Positions 18,884 through 28,635 of a stretch of DNA of 64,000 nt are shown here, piece by piece. The DNA is from Candidatus Sulfomarinibacteraceae bacterium. GTDB taxonomy: Bacteria > Acidobacteriota > Thermoanaerobaculia > Thermoanaerobaculales > Sulfomarinibacteraceae. A program made the position numbers and the translations under genes. Each line of letters begins with the position of its first letter. The first letter of the stretch is position 1. Under the pieces are notes generated by a model. The model saw only the letters and a list, made by a program, of their open reading frames with translations, searched no databases and was not told the origin of the DNA. The stretch covers positions 992,001-1,056,000 of the forward strand of contig CAWCLO010000001.1 of assembly GCA_963796455.1 (NCBI GenBank), in the 5' to 3' direction.

Positions 18884-18941
18884 TAGTATTCAGCGCTCTC
18901 AGCCGCATAAAACAGGCGGCGTAGCGCGAGAAAGGTCCAAC

Positions 18942-19967
18942 ATGAAAAGCACAACCCTGGCACGAGCGATCGCTATCGTGGCGATGCTCGCCATTGCCTC
19001 GGCCGCCGGCGCCCAAACCGCCGCGGCTCCGTCCGAAAACGTCAATCCAGCCGTCCTCAAGGTCAACGATGAGTTGATCTATGCCGCCGAAATCAGTATG
19101 GCCATGGCGAACATCGCGTCTCAACTCAGCTCCCAGGGAGAGAAACCGAATCAGGAGCAAGTGGTCCAGATGGCGACCCAACGCGTGGTGGAACAAAAGC
19201 TTCTGGCCCAGGAGGCTAGACGGCAGGGTCTTCAGCCCAATGAGCTCCGAGTCGCCGAAATGATGCAGGCGCTCGAAGAACAGGTCGGAGGGAGCGCCAA
19301 CCTCAGCAAATCCCTCACCGAAAGGGGCTCGAACCTGGAGCAGATGCAGGGCACGCTCGAAGAAATGGATCTCGCCCGGGGCTTGATCGAACGCAAGATC
19401 GTCCCCACCATCAAGGTCACGGATGAGGAGCTGGCTGCATATTATGCGGAAAACCAGGACACATTCAACCATGATGACCAGGTCCATGCGCGACATATCA
19501 TTTTCTTCGCGCCCGAAGAAACCACCGTCCAGATAGTCGTCGACCAAAGAGGAAAGGCGGACGAGGCGCGGCGACGCGCACTTGCCGGAGAAGACTTTGG
19601 GGATCTTGTCAAAGAGCTTTCTGAAGACCCGGCAGCTGCTGAAAACGGGGGTGATGTCGGTTTCTTCAGCTATCCGCAAATGGTACCGACATTTGCCGCG
19701 GCAGCTTTTGCAACCGAACCGGGCGGCATCTCGGAAGTCGTGCGCACCGAGTTCGGTTTTCACGTCATCAACGTCATCGAGAAACGTCCCGCCGGCACGA
19801 TCCCGCTCGATGAGGTCAGCGACGACCTCCGGTTGATGATCGGTCAGCGGCGGACCGGCGAGGCGGTCGCGGCTCTGATCAAGAGCCTGGCCGAAGCCGC
19901 AACCGTCACGCCCCTGCTCGCGCAGCCGGGCGCCGCGCCCGCAGCTCCCCAGGGAGGCGGCCAGTAG
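18942..19967 (+). CDS. Parvulin-type peptidyl-prolyl isomerase (SurA/PrsA-like)
   Basis: Signal peptide; VHARHI, GEDFGDL, SEDP, GGDVGFF, RTEFGFHVI. Confidence 0.9.
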   Translation: MKSTTLARAIAIVAMLAIASAAGAQTAAAPSENVNPAVLKVNDELIYAAEISMAMANIASQLSSQGEKPNQEQVVQMATQRVVEQKLLAQEARRQGLQPNELRVAEMMQALEEQVGGSANLSKSLTERGSNLEQMQGTLEEMDLARGLIERKIVPTIKVTDEELAAYYAENQDTFNHDDQVHARHIIFFAPEETTVQIVVDQRGKADEARRRALAGEDFGDLVKELSEDPAAAENGGDVGFFSYPQMVPTFAAAAFATEPGGISEVVRTEFGFHVINVIEKRPAGTIPLDEVSDDLRLMIGQRRTGEAVAALIKSLAEAATVTPLLAQPGAAPAAPQGGGQ

Positions 19968-19974
19968 GACGAAA

Positions 19975-20070
19975 CACAGCTGTCCAGGACACGGGCGACA
20001 GCGACAGGAAGCGGCAAACAGGGACAGGTATCAGAGGTCCGCGGCAGCGACAGTGTTCAGCGCCAGCGAT
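19975..20070. mobile_element. Copy D: one TIR plus CAGCG arm of the four-helix-bundle element
   Basis: CACAGCTGTCCAGGACAC matches the TIR consensus; GCGGCAGCGACAGTGTTCAGCG matches the arm of other copies. Confidence 0.65.
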
Positions 20071-20074
20071 CGTT

Positions 20075-20167
20075 ATCTGCGCTCATCTGCGTGATCTGCG
20101 GTTTCTCCTGTGATGGGTGAACGAGAATCCGAAATCCGAAATCCGAAATCCGAAATTCCTAATTCCT
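20075..20167. repeat. ATCTGCG-repeat module plus heptamers (AATCCGA)4(AATTCCT)2
   Basis: Read directly; parallels 16209-16301. Confidence 0.85.
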
Positions 20168-20178
20168 AGTTCTCCTAC

Positions 20179-21420
20179 CTAGCCGTCCGCCGAGTCGCCC
20201 AACACATCTGCCAGGGTCGTCGTGACTTCGGCAGGCCCTTCCAGGGTGCGGTGGACCGGGCAGCGGTCGGCGATTGCAAGCAGCCGTTGCCGCTGTTTTT
20301 CGTCCAGAGGGCCTTCGAGCAGGATCTCCCGAGTGAAGTGATCGATGCGGGCACCCGGCTTTTCGACGTCGGCACAATCCTCACAGTGGATTTTTTCGTG
20401 CTGCAGCCGTACCTCCACAGCTTCGAGGGGCCACTCCTTGCGATCTGCATACATTCTGAGCGTGATCGAGGTGCACGCGCCAAGGGCCGAAGACAGCAAC
20501 TCATAAGGGGTCGGCCCCATATTTGTTCCCCCGATCGCAAGGGGTTCGTCGGCTACCAACGGGTGGCCGTTGGCGAGCACCTCGGTTCGATAGCCCTGTC
20601 CCGTCCGCACCACGACCTGGTTTGCTCCGGGGCGCGCCTTTTTGACCTCCTCCTGAGCTTCGCCGAGATAACGCTTCGCCCACGAGGCGACCATAGAACC
20701 GACATAACGGCCGTCTTCTGCATCGCTCAAGAGGTGATCGGCATTGTCGAGCGCGACGATGCTCTTGGGTTGGCGGGCGGTTTCGTAGATCTTCTCGGCA
20801 TGGTCGATGCCCACGGTCGTGTCGCGCGGCGAGTGAAAGACCATCAGGGCTTTTCCAAGTCCGGCGATCGCTCCGTCCATTTTGGTCGTGGAGAGATCGT
20901 CGAGAAACTCTTTGCGGATCCGAAACGGTCGACCGGCAATCTGGACTTCGGCCTCACCGGCAGTCTCGATCTCGGCACTCGATGATCTGATCATCCCGGC
21001 GAGATGATCGAGGGAGGAGGGCGATGCGATCGTGACGACCGCGTCGGCCGACGGAATACGCGCCGCCGCCTGAAGCACGGCCGCGCCACCAAGCGAATGT
21101 CCGATGAGAATCTTTGGTGCCTCCAGATTTTGTTCCATGAATTCTGCGGCGGCCAGCAGGTCGTCCACATTTGAAGAGAATGTGGTCGAAGAGAAATCCC
21201 CTTCGCTCTCACCGAGGCCCGTAAAGTCGAAACGCAGAACCGCCACCCCTTCGGCCGCCAGGGCTCTGGAGACCCGCGCCACTCCCTTGTAGTTTTTCGA
21301 ACAGGTGAAACAGTGGGCGAAAAGAGCGTAGGCAATCGGCTTGTCGTCCACCGGTTGGTCGAGCAGTGCGGCCAATTTGTGCCCCGACGCGTTTTCAAAT
21401 GAGATCTTTCTGGTGTGCAT
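20179..21420 (-). CDS. Bifunctional alpha/beta hydrolase - OsmC family protein
   Basis: FAHCFTCSK, GHSLGG, DEP..GG...GPTPYELL, ADRCPVHRTL. Confidence 0.92.
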   Translation of the reverse strand: MHTRKISFENASGHKLAALLDQPVDDKPIAYALFAHCFTCSKNYKGVARVSRALAAEGVAVLRFDFTGLGESEGDFSSTTFSSNVDDLLAAAEFMEQNLEAPKILIGHSLGGAAVLQAAARIPSADAVVTIASPSSLDHLAGMIRSSSAEIETAGEAEVQIAGRPFRIRKEFLDDLSTTKMDGAIAGLGKALMVFHSPRDTTVGIDHAEKIYETARQPKSIVALDNADHLLSDAEDGRYVGSMVASWAKRYLGEAQEEVKKARPGANQVVVRTGQGYRTEVLANGHPLVADEPLAIGGTNMGPTPYELLSSALGACTSITLRMYADRKEWPLEAVEVRLQHEKIHCEDCADVEKPGARIDHFTREILLEGPLDEKQRQRLLAIADRCPVHRTLEGPAEVTTTLADVLGDSADG

Positions 21421-21577
21421 TTCTTCTCCCGTCTGCACGAAATCGTATCTTCAGCGGAGTCATTTGGCGAGGGTTTTCAACATTGGAATGTGCTTTGAAA
21501 GGGTGTACCTTCGATCATCGTTCGCACAGGATAATATTGTCGACCCGGGAGAAAAATTGCCACACGCCACAACCTTG

Positions 21578-22831
21578 ATGCTCGTTCTCGCCGCCTCCAT
21601 GAGTGTTTCGACACTCTCGGGCCAGGAGTTTCGGCCCGCAGCTCCGGAAACCGTAGGCATGTCGAGCAAACGCCTTGCGGGAATCGACGAGTACATCCAG
21701 CGGCACCTCGACGCCTCTCATTTTGCCGGTGCGGTCACGGTTGTCGCCCGGCGCGGGAAGGTCGTCCAGTTCAAGGCCTACGGTATGCAGGACATCGAAA
21801 ACGTGGTCCCGATGGCCACCGACTCGATCTTCAGGATCTACTCGATGACCAAACCGATCACAAGTGTTGCGGTCATGACGCTTTTTGAAGAGGGCCGGTT
21901 CTTACTCAACGATCCCGTGTCCAAATTCCTCCCGGAGTTCAAAGACCTCGTCGTAGGGCTTGACGAGGTCGACGAGACGACTGGCGAAACTGTACTGACG
22001 ACCGAGGCCGCCATCCGCGAGGTCACCATTCGCGACCTGTTGCGCCACACCTCGGGGCTGACCTATGGATTCTGGGGAAACACCTTGGTGGACAAGATGT
22101 ACCTCGAGAAACAGGTCCTTTCCAGGGAAACGACCATTCAGGACACCGTCACCAAACTCGGCACCATCCCGCTCAGGCATCAACCCGGAACCGTCTGGGA
22201 GTACAGCGTCTCCACCGACGTATTGGGACGCCTCGTCGAAGTGGTTTCCGGGATGCCATTTGACGAATTCCTTCGGGCTCGCATATTCGTGCCCCTCGGG
22301 ATGAAAGACACCGGGTTTTTCGTGCCAACGGGCAAGGGCCGACCGGTTGACCACCGTCTACACACCCAACGAAGACAACTCGGCCCTCTCGCCAAACAAC
22401 CCGCGAAGGCGCGCGATTTCACCGAGCCGCCGGGATATTTTTCCGGCGGCGGAGGCCTCGTCTCGACGGCTGCCGACTATCTCCGATTCGCTCAGATGCT
22501 GCTCAACCGCGGCGAGCTCGCCGGAACGAGAATCCTCGGGTCCGAGACCGTCGAACTGATGACAAGCAACCACCTGGCCGGCATCGAAGACCGCGGTTAT
22601 CTCAACCCAAACGGTTTTGGACTCGGGTTCATGATCATGCCGGAGCGCGGGGTCTCGGGATTGATCCTTTCTGAAGGCTCGTTCGGTTGGGGCGGTCTTG
22701 CCCACACCAACTTCTGGGTGGATCCGGAGGAAGAACTGGTCGGGGTCTTTTTGATCCAGATCCTGCCCGAGGCACCGATCCCATACCGCGATCTCTTCAG
22801 ACCGGTGGTCTACCAGGCCATCATCGATTGA
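21578..22831 (+). CDS. Serine hydrolase (beta-lactamase class C-like)
   Basis: FRIYSMTK (SxxK), LLRHTSG, WEYS, SGGGGLVST; probable compensating indels at about 22340-22405. Confidence 0.88.
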   Translation: MLVLAASMSVSTLSGQEFRPAAPETVGMSSKRLAGIDEYIQRHLDASHFAGAVTVVARRGKVVQFKAYGMQDIENVVPMATDSIFRIYSMTKPITSVAVMTLFEEGRFLLNDPVSKFLPEFKDLVVGLDEVDETTGETVLTTEAAIREVTIRDLLRHTSGLTYGFWGNTLVDKMYLEKQVLSRETTIQDTVTKLGTIPLRHQPGTVWEYSVSTDVLGRLVEVVSGMPFDEFLRARIFVPLGMKDTGFFVPTGKGRPVDHRLHTQRRQLGPLAKQPAKARDFTEPPGYFSGGGGLVSTAADYLRFAQMLLNRGELAGTRILGSETVELMTSNHLAGIEDRGYLNPNGFGLGFMIMPERGVSGLILSEGSFGWGGLAHTNFWVDPEEELVGVFLIQILPEAPIPYRDLFRPVVYQAIID

Positions 22832-22867
22832 CGATGCCCCGCGACCACCGGTGAAATCTCTGTTGAA

Positions 22868-23761
22868 TCAGATAACCGGGGTCACTGCCGCTTGATCCAG
22901 TCGGCGAGGAGCCCCAGCCATTGTGCAGTACCGTCTTCCGCTCTGCCTGGGCCAAACCCGTGCCCCCCCTCCGGCAAAGAAGTGCACCTCAACGGCCTGG
23001 CCGACAGCGGTCAAGGCCTCGGCATAGAGCAGCGACTCTTCGACCGGCACGACGTCGTCGTCATAGGCGTGGACCAGGAAGGCGGGCGGAGTCGACAAAT
23101 CGACGTGGTCGACCAGGGCGTACTGTCGCTTCTCGGAATCAGTCATCGGCCGGTGGAAGAGGGTCTCCTCGAGCCATTCCTGGTTTTCGGGGCCCAGCGT
23201 GGTCACGGGATAGATCGGTGCCGAAAAATCGGGATTCTCGTCGGCAACCGGGGATCGCAAGACGCTGACGGCCGTCGCGAGGTTGCCGCCGGCCGAAAAA
23301 CCCATGATTCCGACCTTCGATCGATCAAAACCGTAGGCCTCCGCCAGGGATTTCATCAGGCTGATCGCTCTCCTGGCATCAGTGATCGGCACCAGATGGG
23401 GTTGATCTGAGGATTCAGGCAGTGGAAGTCTGTATTTCAAAACTGCAGCGGTGATACCCTGTGCCGCGAGCGCCTCGGCTATCTCCTGACCCTCCGCCAC
23501 TATCGACTCCTCGACATATCCCCCACCGGGCACGACGATCATCGCCCGTCCCGAATTTCTTCCAATGGCGGCGTGGATCGTCAGGGTCGGCCGTGTGACG
23601 TTGTATGCACAGAGCACGTGATAGGAGGATTCCTTGACGTACTCCTCGAGGAAGTTCGGTTTCGAGTAAGGCGGCGGCCCGTCCCACAGATCGACAATGT
23701 CCTCGGCGCCGGCGACGGGAACGAGGAAAACAAACAGGAGAAACCAGATTCTTTTCATCAT
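22868..23761 (-). CDS. Alpha/beta hydrolase (acetyl/xylan esterase-like)
   Basis: PGGGY, GFSAGG, DDVVP; GGHGFG motif broken by an apparent frameshift near 22960, so the true end is uncertain. Confidence 0.8.
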   Translation of the reverse strand: MMKRIWFLLFVFLVPVAGAEDIVDLWDGPPPYSKPNFLEEYVKESSYHVLCAYNVTRPTLTIHAAIGRNSGRAMIVVPGGGYVEESIVAEGQEIAEALAAQGITAAVLKYRLPLPESSDQPHLVPITDARRAISLMKSLAEAYGFDRSKVGIMGFSAGGNLATAVSVLRSPVADENPDFSAPIYPVTTLGPENQEWLEETLFHRPMTDSEKRQYALVDHVDLSTPPAFLVHAYDDDVVPVEESLLYAEALTAVGQAVEVHFFAGGGARVWPRQSGRRYCTMAGAPRRLDQAAVTPVI

Positions 23762-23762
23762 C

Positions 23763-26127
23763 TCATTTCGATTCTGACTGGATCCGGCGCCCCGTCTCGA
23801 CCGCATCCGCGGCTTCGGAGGCGCGGCCAGTTCGATTGAGAATGTCCGCCAACACGTAGTAACCCAGGGGTCCTTCCGATAGATCCGGATCCTTTTCGAT
23901 CCCCAGGCGAACGAGCTCTTCGGCCCTCACGAGATCCCCACCCCGGTCCATCAACAACTTGGAGAGATAGTAGTAGCCCTGGACAAAACGCGGGTTGGAT
24001 TCGATCGACGCTCGCCACAGCTCCTCTTGCCGGTCGGCCTGCCCAAGGTATCCAAAGAGGCGCCCGAGATTGAACTGGGCCTCGTGGTATTTCGGAGCCA
24101 GCTCGATCGCCTTCTCATAGTGTGCAATGGCCGGCTCCGCCTCGCCCCGTTCTTCGTAGAGGACCGCGAGATTGAAATGGGGCAATGCAAAATCGTCGCG
24201 CTCGTCGACCGCCTGGTTGAAAAGCTTCATCGCCTCGTCGGGCCGACCCTGCTCAGCCCTCACCTCACCGAGTTTGTTGAAAATCAGTCCAGGGGCCTCC
24301 GTCGTCGCCGTCGCCTCGTCGAGGGCGGAGGCGGCCGCATCGAGATTGCCCAGTCCGACCTCGATATCGGCGATGGCGAGGGTCGCCCTGGTATCGGCAC
24401 CCGAAACCTCGAGCACCCTCCGGAAGCCGACGAGAGCCTCGTCCATCTGTCCGAGGGCCCGGTAGGACGAGGCCATGCCCATCAACGAGTTTGTGTGGCC
24501 GGGATCCAGCTCGAGCGCCCGTCGGAAATGCTCCAGGGCCTCCTCAAATCGCTGCTTGCCGGCAACGAGTTGACCCAACATCTGATGGGCATCGAGGATC
24601 CCCGAGTCTTCCTGAGCACCGCGACGAGGGTCTTCTCCGCTGCATCCTGATCGCTGCCCATCTCGGTCTGAGCCCTCATGATCGTCCGGTGGAGACCGAT
24701 CTTGTCCTTGGGGTCGGCACGCGGTTGATCGCCTTCGTCCTCCAGATCCACGCCACCCTGCCCGGCAACATATCCCAGGGCCTGGAGCTGGGCCAGGGTC
24801 TGCGCGTCGAGGTCGGGCTCGCCTCCGCCAGAAGGCGGCGCGGTTTCGATCTGCTCTCGCAGTTCTGCCAACCGGGCTTCGAGATCTTCCACCGCGGCCG
24901 GTTGTTCGAGAGATAAGTCATGTTTTTCACGAGGGTCATTTTCGATGTCGAACATTTCCCGACGCGGGGCACTGATCAGCTTTCGGTCATCGGTCCTAAG
25001 AGCCCGCAACGGCGCCCATCCGTAGTGCAGCAGCGGGTAGAGCGATTCGGAGTAGACACCCCGATCCAGCACCGATTCCTCACCCCTGATCATCGGCAAC
25101 AGGCTGTGACCGTGAACCCGTTCGGCGCCGCGACCACCGTGTCGAGAACCGTCGGAAAAATATCAACGTGACTCACAACCTCGTCAACCACTTTCGCCTC
25201 ACTGGCCCCCCCCGGTGGACGCATGATCAGGGCGACGTGGATCGTCGAATCGTAGACAAAGAACCCGTGCGAATTCTCTCCGTGATCACCAAGGCCTTCG
25301 CCGTGGTCGGCGGTAAGGATGACCAACGAGTCTTGCAGCAATTCGCGTTTCTCCAGCGCCCTGCGAAACTCGCCGATGAGCGAATCGGTGTAGGCGACCT
25401 CTCCTTCATACGGTCGGTCACGATACATCGAAGCGTAGGGCTCGGGCGGTGAATATGGATCGTGCGGGTCGTAGAGATGGAGCCAGAGAAAAAATGGTGA
25501 TTCGTCACTTCGCCCGTCGAGCCAACTGATGGCCTCCGCAACGGTTTCGTCGCCGCGGCGCTGCACGGAGCTGAGATTCGGAGTGTCGAAATCTGCCAGA
25601 TTGAAGTCGTCGAAATAGTGCTCGAAACCCCTGCCGATGCCCCAACGCCGATCGAGTACAAATGCGCTGACAAAACCCGCCGTGCTCCACCCGTTGTCGG
25701 AGAGGACCTCGGCCAGAGTCGGGATGCCCTCATCGAGGGTGTATCCAACATTCTCGCGAACTCCGTGGCCTGGCGGATACAGCCCGGTGAGTATGGACGA
25801 GTGGGCCGGCAGGGTGTAGGCAACCGTACTGGCGGCATTTGAAAAGAGCACGCCGTCGGACGCAAAACTGTCGATGTTGGGGGTGTCGACGCGGTTGGAT
25901 CCATAGCTCGAGACCCGGTCGGTTCGAAGAGTGTCGAGAGTGATGAGAATGATATTCGGCCGTGTCGAGTCATCTCCGCCGACTCGAGCCAGTTCGGGAG
26001 CCTCGGTCGCCGGCTCCTGATCCGGCGCGCCATCGCGGCCGCAGCCGGCCGTCGAGGCGGCGATCAACAGTGCGATGACCGGAAGCCCCCAGCCGCGGAT
26101 TTTTCTCCGCTCGAGAATATTTCTCAC
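23763..26127 (-). CDS. Sulfatase-like hydrolase with C-terminal TPRs (lipoprotein), split by frameshifts
   Basis: LITLDTLR, TLPAHSSILTG, YDPHDPY, TADHGE, LQALGY, then TPRs; three contiguous ORFs. Confidence 0.82.
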
Positions 26128-26194
26128 ACCAACCCTCCCGCGACTCGAATCTCTTTTTGCATTCTAATGCTTCGAATCGGGGTGCGCCTCAGGA

Positions 26195-26977
26195 TCAGGT
26201 GCGCAACACGGCTTCTCGCAAAATGAAGTCCAGATCGGCCCTCTCGTTGCCGACCGGGCAGGCATTCTCACATTTTCGGCAGTAAACGATGACCTTGCAC
26301 GACTCTTCGATACCCATGACCGGACCTTCGAATCTTTCCACGTCGGCATCGTTCTGATCCATCTCCTGCTTGCACAAGGCCTGTTCGTAGGAGCCGCTCT
26401 TGAATGCCCCCCTCGGACACGCCGCATGGCACGGCATGTCGCACCCCTTGCACGGGTCAAAACCGGTCATCGGTCCGGTCGCCTCGAGATCGGCTTCCAT
26501 GAAAATTCCCCGCAGCCTATGATCCGAACCGAACTCCGGTGTGACCAGAAGGTTGTGTTTACCGATCACCCCGAGACCCGCCAACACAGCCGAATCCTTC
26601 AAAAAGGTGCCTCCGAACTCGATCTGATAGGGCAACGAAAGCGCATTGATCCCGAGTTCCTCGCCCAGCCAGATCCGCATCCGCCGCGATTGCTTTCTCA
26701 GAACCCGGTTTCCCGGGGTGAAACCCGGGACCTTGAAGCTCCACCAATCCAGCACCGGTTCCGACGGCGGGTGAGCCAGAGCCCACACCAACACCGATTT
26801 GTACTCCGGTTTCCACTCGACGCCCTTGTAATCGTCGTAGTAAGGGTTCTGATCGTAGATTTCGAAGGATCTGGATTTCTTCAGATCCTCGACCCGCGCG
26901 ATGCCCGCCAGGGAGGCACCAGAATCCATTGCCTTCTCGACGATCGTCTCTTCAATCGTCTTGCCGTTTGAGTTCAT
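26195..26977 (-). CDS. QueG/reductive-dehalogenase-like 4Fe-4S protein
   Basis: AVLAGLGVIGKHNLLVTPEFG, CKGCDMPCHAACP, CRKCENACPVG. Confidence 0.75.
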   Translation of the reverse strand: MNSNGKTIEETIVEKAMDSGASLAGIARVEDLKKSRSFEIYDQNPYYDDYKGVEWKPEYKSVLVWALAHPPSEPVLDWWSFKVPGFTPGNRVLRKQSRRMRIWLGEELGINALSLPYQIEFGGTFLKDSAVLAGLGVIGKHNLLVTPEFGSDHRLRGIFMEADLEATGPMTGFDPCKGCDMPCHAACPRGAFKSGSYEQALCKQEMDQNDADVERFEGPVMGIEESCKVIVYCRKCENACPVGNERADLDFILREAVLRT

Positions 26978-27837
26978 ACCAAGACGTCCTTTCGCTCACG
27001 CAACCGGGTGAGCATCTCCACCCGCCATTTTTCGGTGCTCTTGATCTGGTTGAACGAATAGAAATGAACCCCTTCGATCCTGCACGGCGGCGTGTCGAAA
27101 TGAGGGGCCAAGGAGAGGAGGAGTTCGTCCGGGCTATACCCGCCCGGCACCATCATCCGGCCGACCAGACCGAGATTTGATTTGAGGAATCGTGCCGATT
27201 GCCCAACTCCGATCTTCAAAGCGATTTGCAGGAGCCTGGCTCGTTCGGCCACACCTGGGACGCCGAGATGGACGGGTAGATCGACTCCCTCGGCGCGGAC
27301 GCCACGCAACCAGTTCACGATCACCTCGGGGTCAAAACACATCTGGGTGACCATGTACATGGCGAAACGCTGTTTCTCGCGGAGGAACTGCAGCAGGGTC
27401 GAATCGTCGATCAGGGGGTGTCCCTCAGGGTAGGCGCCGATACCGATGATCTCGACACTGTGATCGAGGGACGACATGTGTTCCAGAATCTGGAGTGAGG
27501 AATCGAATTTTCCAGCCGGCTTCTCGGCGTCACCGCCGACAACAAAGATCCGGTGGACACCGAAACCTTCGAGCCGGTTGAGAATCAAGCGCAGGTGGTC
27601 TTCATCGCGGACCATTCGGGCGGCGATGTGCGGTATCAGAACGAAACCGTGATCTTTCAGCAACTCAGTCAGTTCGAGGGTTGCAGAGATCCCCTTGTCG
27701 GGCGAACAGGTGATGGCCACATCGGACCCCGGCGGGATGTCCGCCACCTTTTTTTCCACCCCTTTGAGCGGAATGATCTCGAAGCACGGGTCCTGCAACC
27801 GTTTCCGTAACGCGCTGAATCCATTATTGTTGTTCAT
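26974..27837 (-). CDS. metF: Methylenetetrahydrofolate reductase family
   Basis: PHIAAR, VGGD, AYPEGHP, VTQMCFD, HFYSFN. Confidence 0.8.
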   Translation of the reverse strand: MNNNNGFSALRKRLQDPCFEIIPLKGVEKKVADIPPGSDVAITCSPDKGISATLELTELLKDHGFVLIPHIAARMVRDEDHLRLILNRLEGFGVHRIFVVGGDAEKPAGKFDSSLQILEHMSSLDHSVEIIGIGAYPEGHPLIDDSTLLQFLREKQRFAMYMVTQMCFDPEVIVNWLRGVRAEGVDLPVHLGVPGVAERARLLQIALKIGVGQSARFLKSNLGLVGRMMVPGGYSPDELLLSLAPHFDTPPCRIEGVHFYSFNQIKSTEKWRVEMLTRLRERKDVLV

Positions 27838-27852
27838 TCAGACTCCGACTGC

Positions 27853-28635
27853 CTAACGGCCCTTCCATTCCGGCTCTCTCTTGTCGACAAAGGCCTTGGC
27901 GCCTTCCTGAGCGTCTTCGCTTGCCAGCATTCGCATGAAAGCCGGCCAGGTCTTCGACCGCAGCGCGGCGTAGCTCTCCTCGAAAGTGAGCTTCTCCGTC
28001 ATCAGAGCCGCTTCCTTGATCGCGGCCAGCGAAAGCGGCGCCGCACGCAGGAGATCCCGCGCCAGATCACGAGCCCTCTCCATCAGATGATCGGCTGGTG
28101 CGACTTCGTTGACCAGACCCAGGGACGCCAACTCCCTGGCGGGGAAGGACCTGCCCGACATGAGGATTTCGAAGGCCTTCTGACGGGGCAGCAACTTCGG
28201 CAACATGAAGGTACCGACGTCGGGCGCGATTCCGATCCGGGCCTCCGGCAACATGAACTCAGCGTGCTCGGCAGCGACAACAAAATCCGCACGAAGCAGC
28301 ATTTCAAACCCGGCGCCGACGGCCATTCCGTTAACCGCACAGATCACCGGTTTGAGAAGATCCGTCATCTCCGGAAAACCGCCAAATCCGCCCTCACCAA
28401 AGTCTCCGAGGTATTCCTCGCCCTCTGCCACGGCATTCAGATCCCATCCGCCCGAGAAGAACTTTTCTCCCGCCCCGGTGAGGATCGCGACCCGCAGATC
28501 CGGATCATCGCGGAAGCCCGCAAAGACTTCGCCCAGCTCCCGGCTGGCGGGAGCGTCGAGCGCATTGGCCTTCGGTCGATCCAATACGATTTCGAGAATC
28601 TGACCGTTACGATTGATCTCGAGGAAATCACTCAT
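27853..28635 (-). CDS. Enoyl-CoA hydratase, carnitinyl-CoA dehydratase (CaiD)-like
   Basis: LDRPKANA, KFFSGGWDL, GGFGG, KPVICAVNGMAVG, SEDAQEG...KREPEWKGR. Confidence 0.85.
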   Translation of the reverse strand: MSDFLEINRNGQILEIVLDRPKANALDAPASRELGEVFAGFRDDPDLRVAILTGAGEKFFSGGWDLNAVAEGEEYLGDFGEGGFGGFPEMTDLLKPVICAVNGMAVGAGFEMLLRADFVVAAEHAEFMLPEARIGIAPDVGTFMLPKLLPRQKAFEILMSGRSFPARELASLGLVNEVAPADHLMERARDLARDLLRAAPLSLAAIKEAALMTEKLTFEESYAALRSKTWPAFMRMLASEDAQEGAKAFVDKREPEWKGR

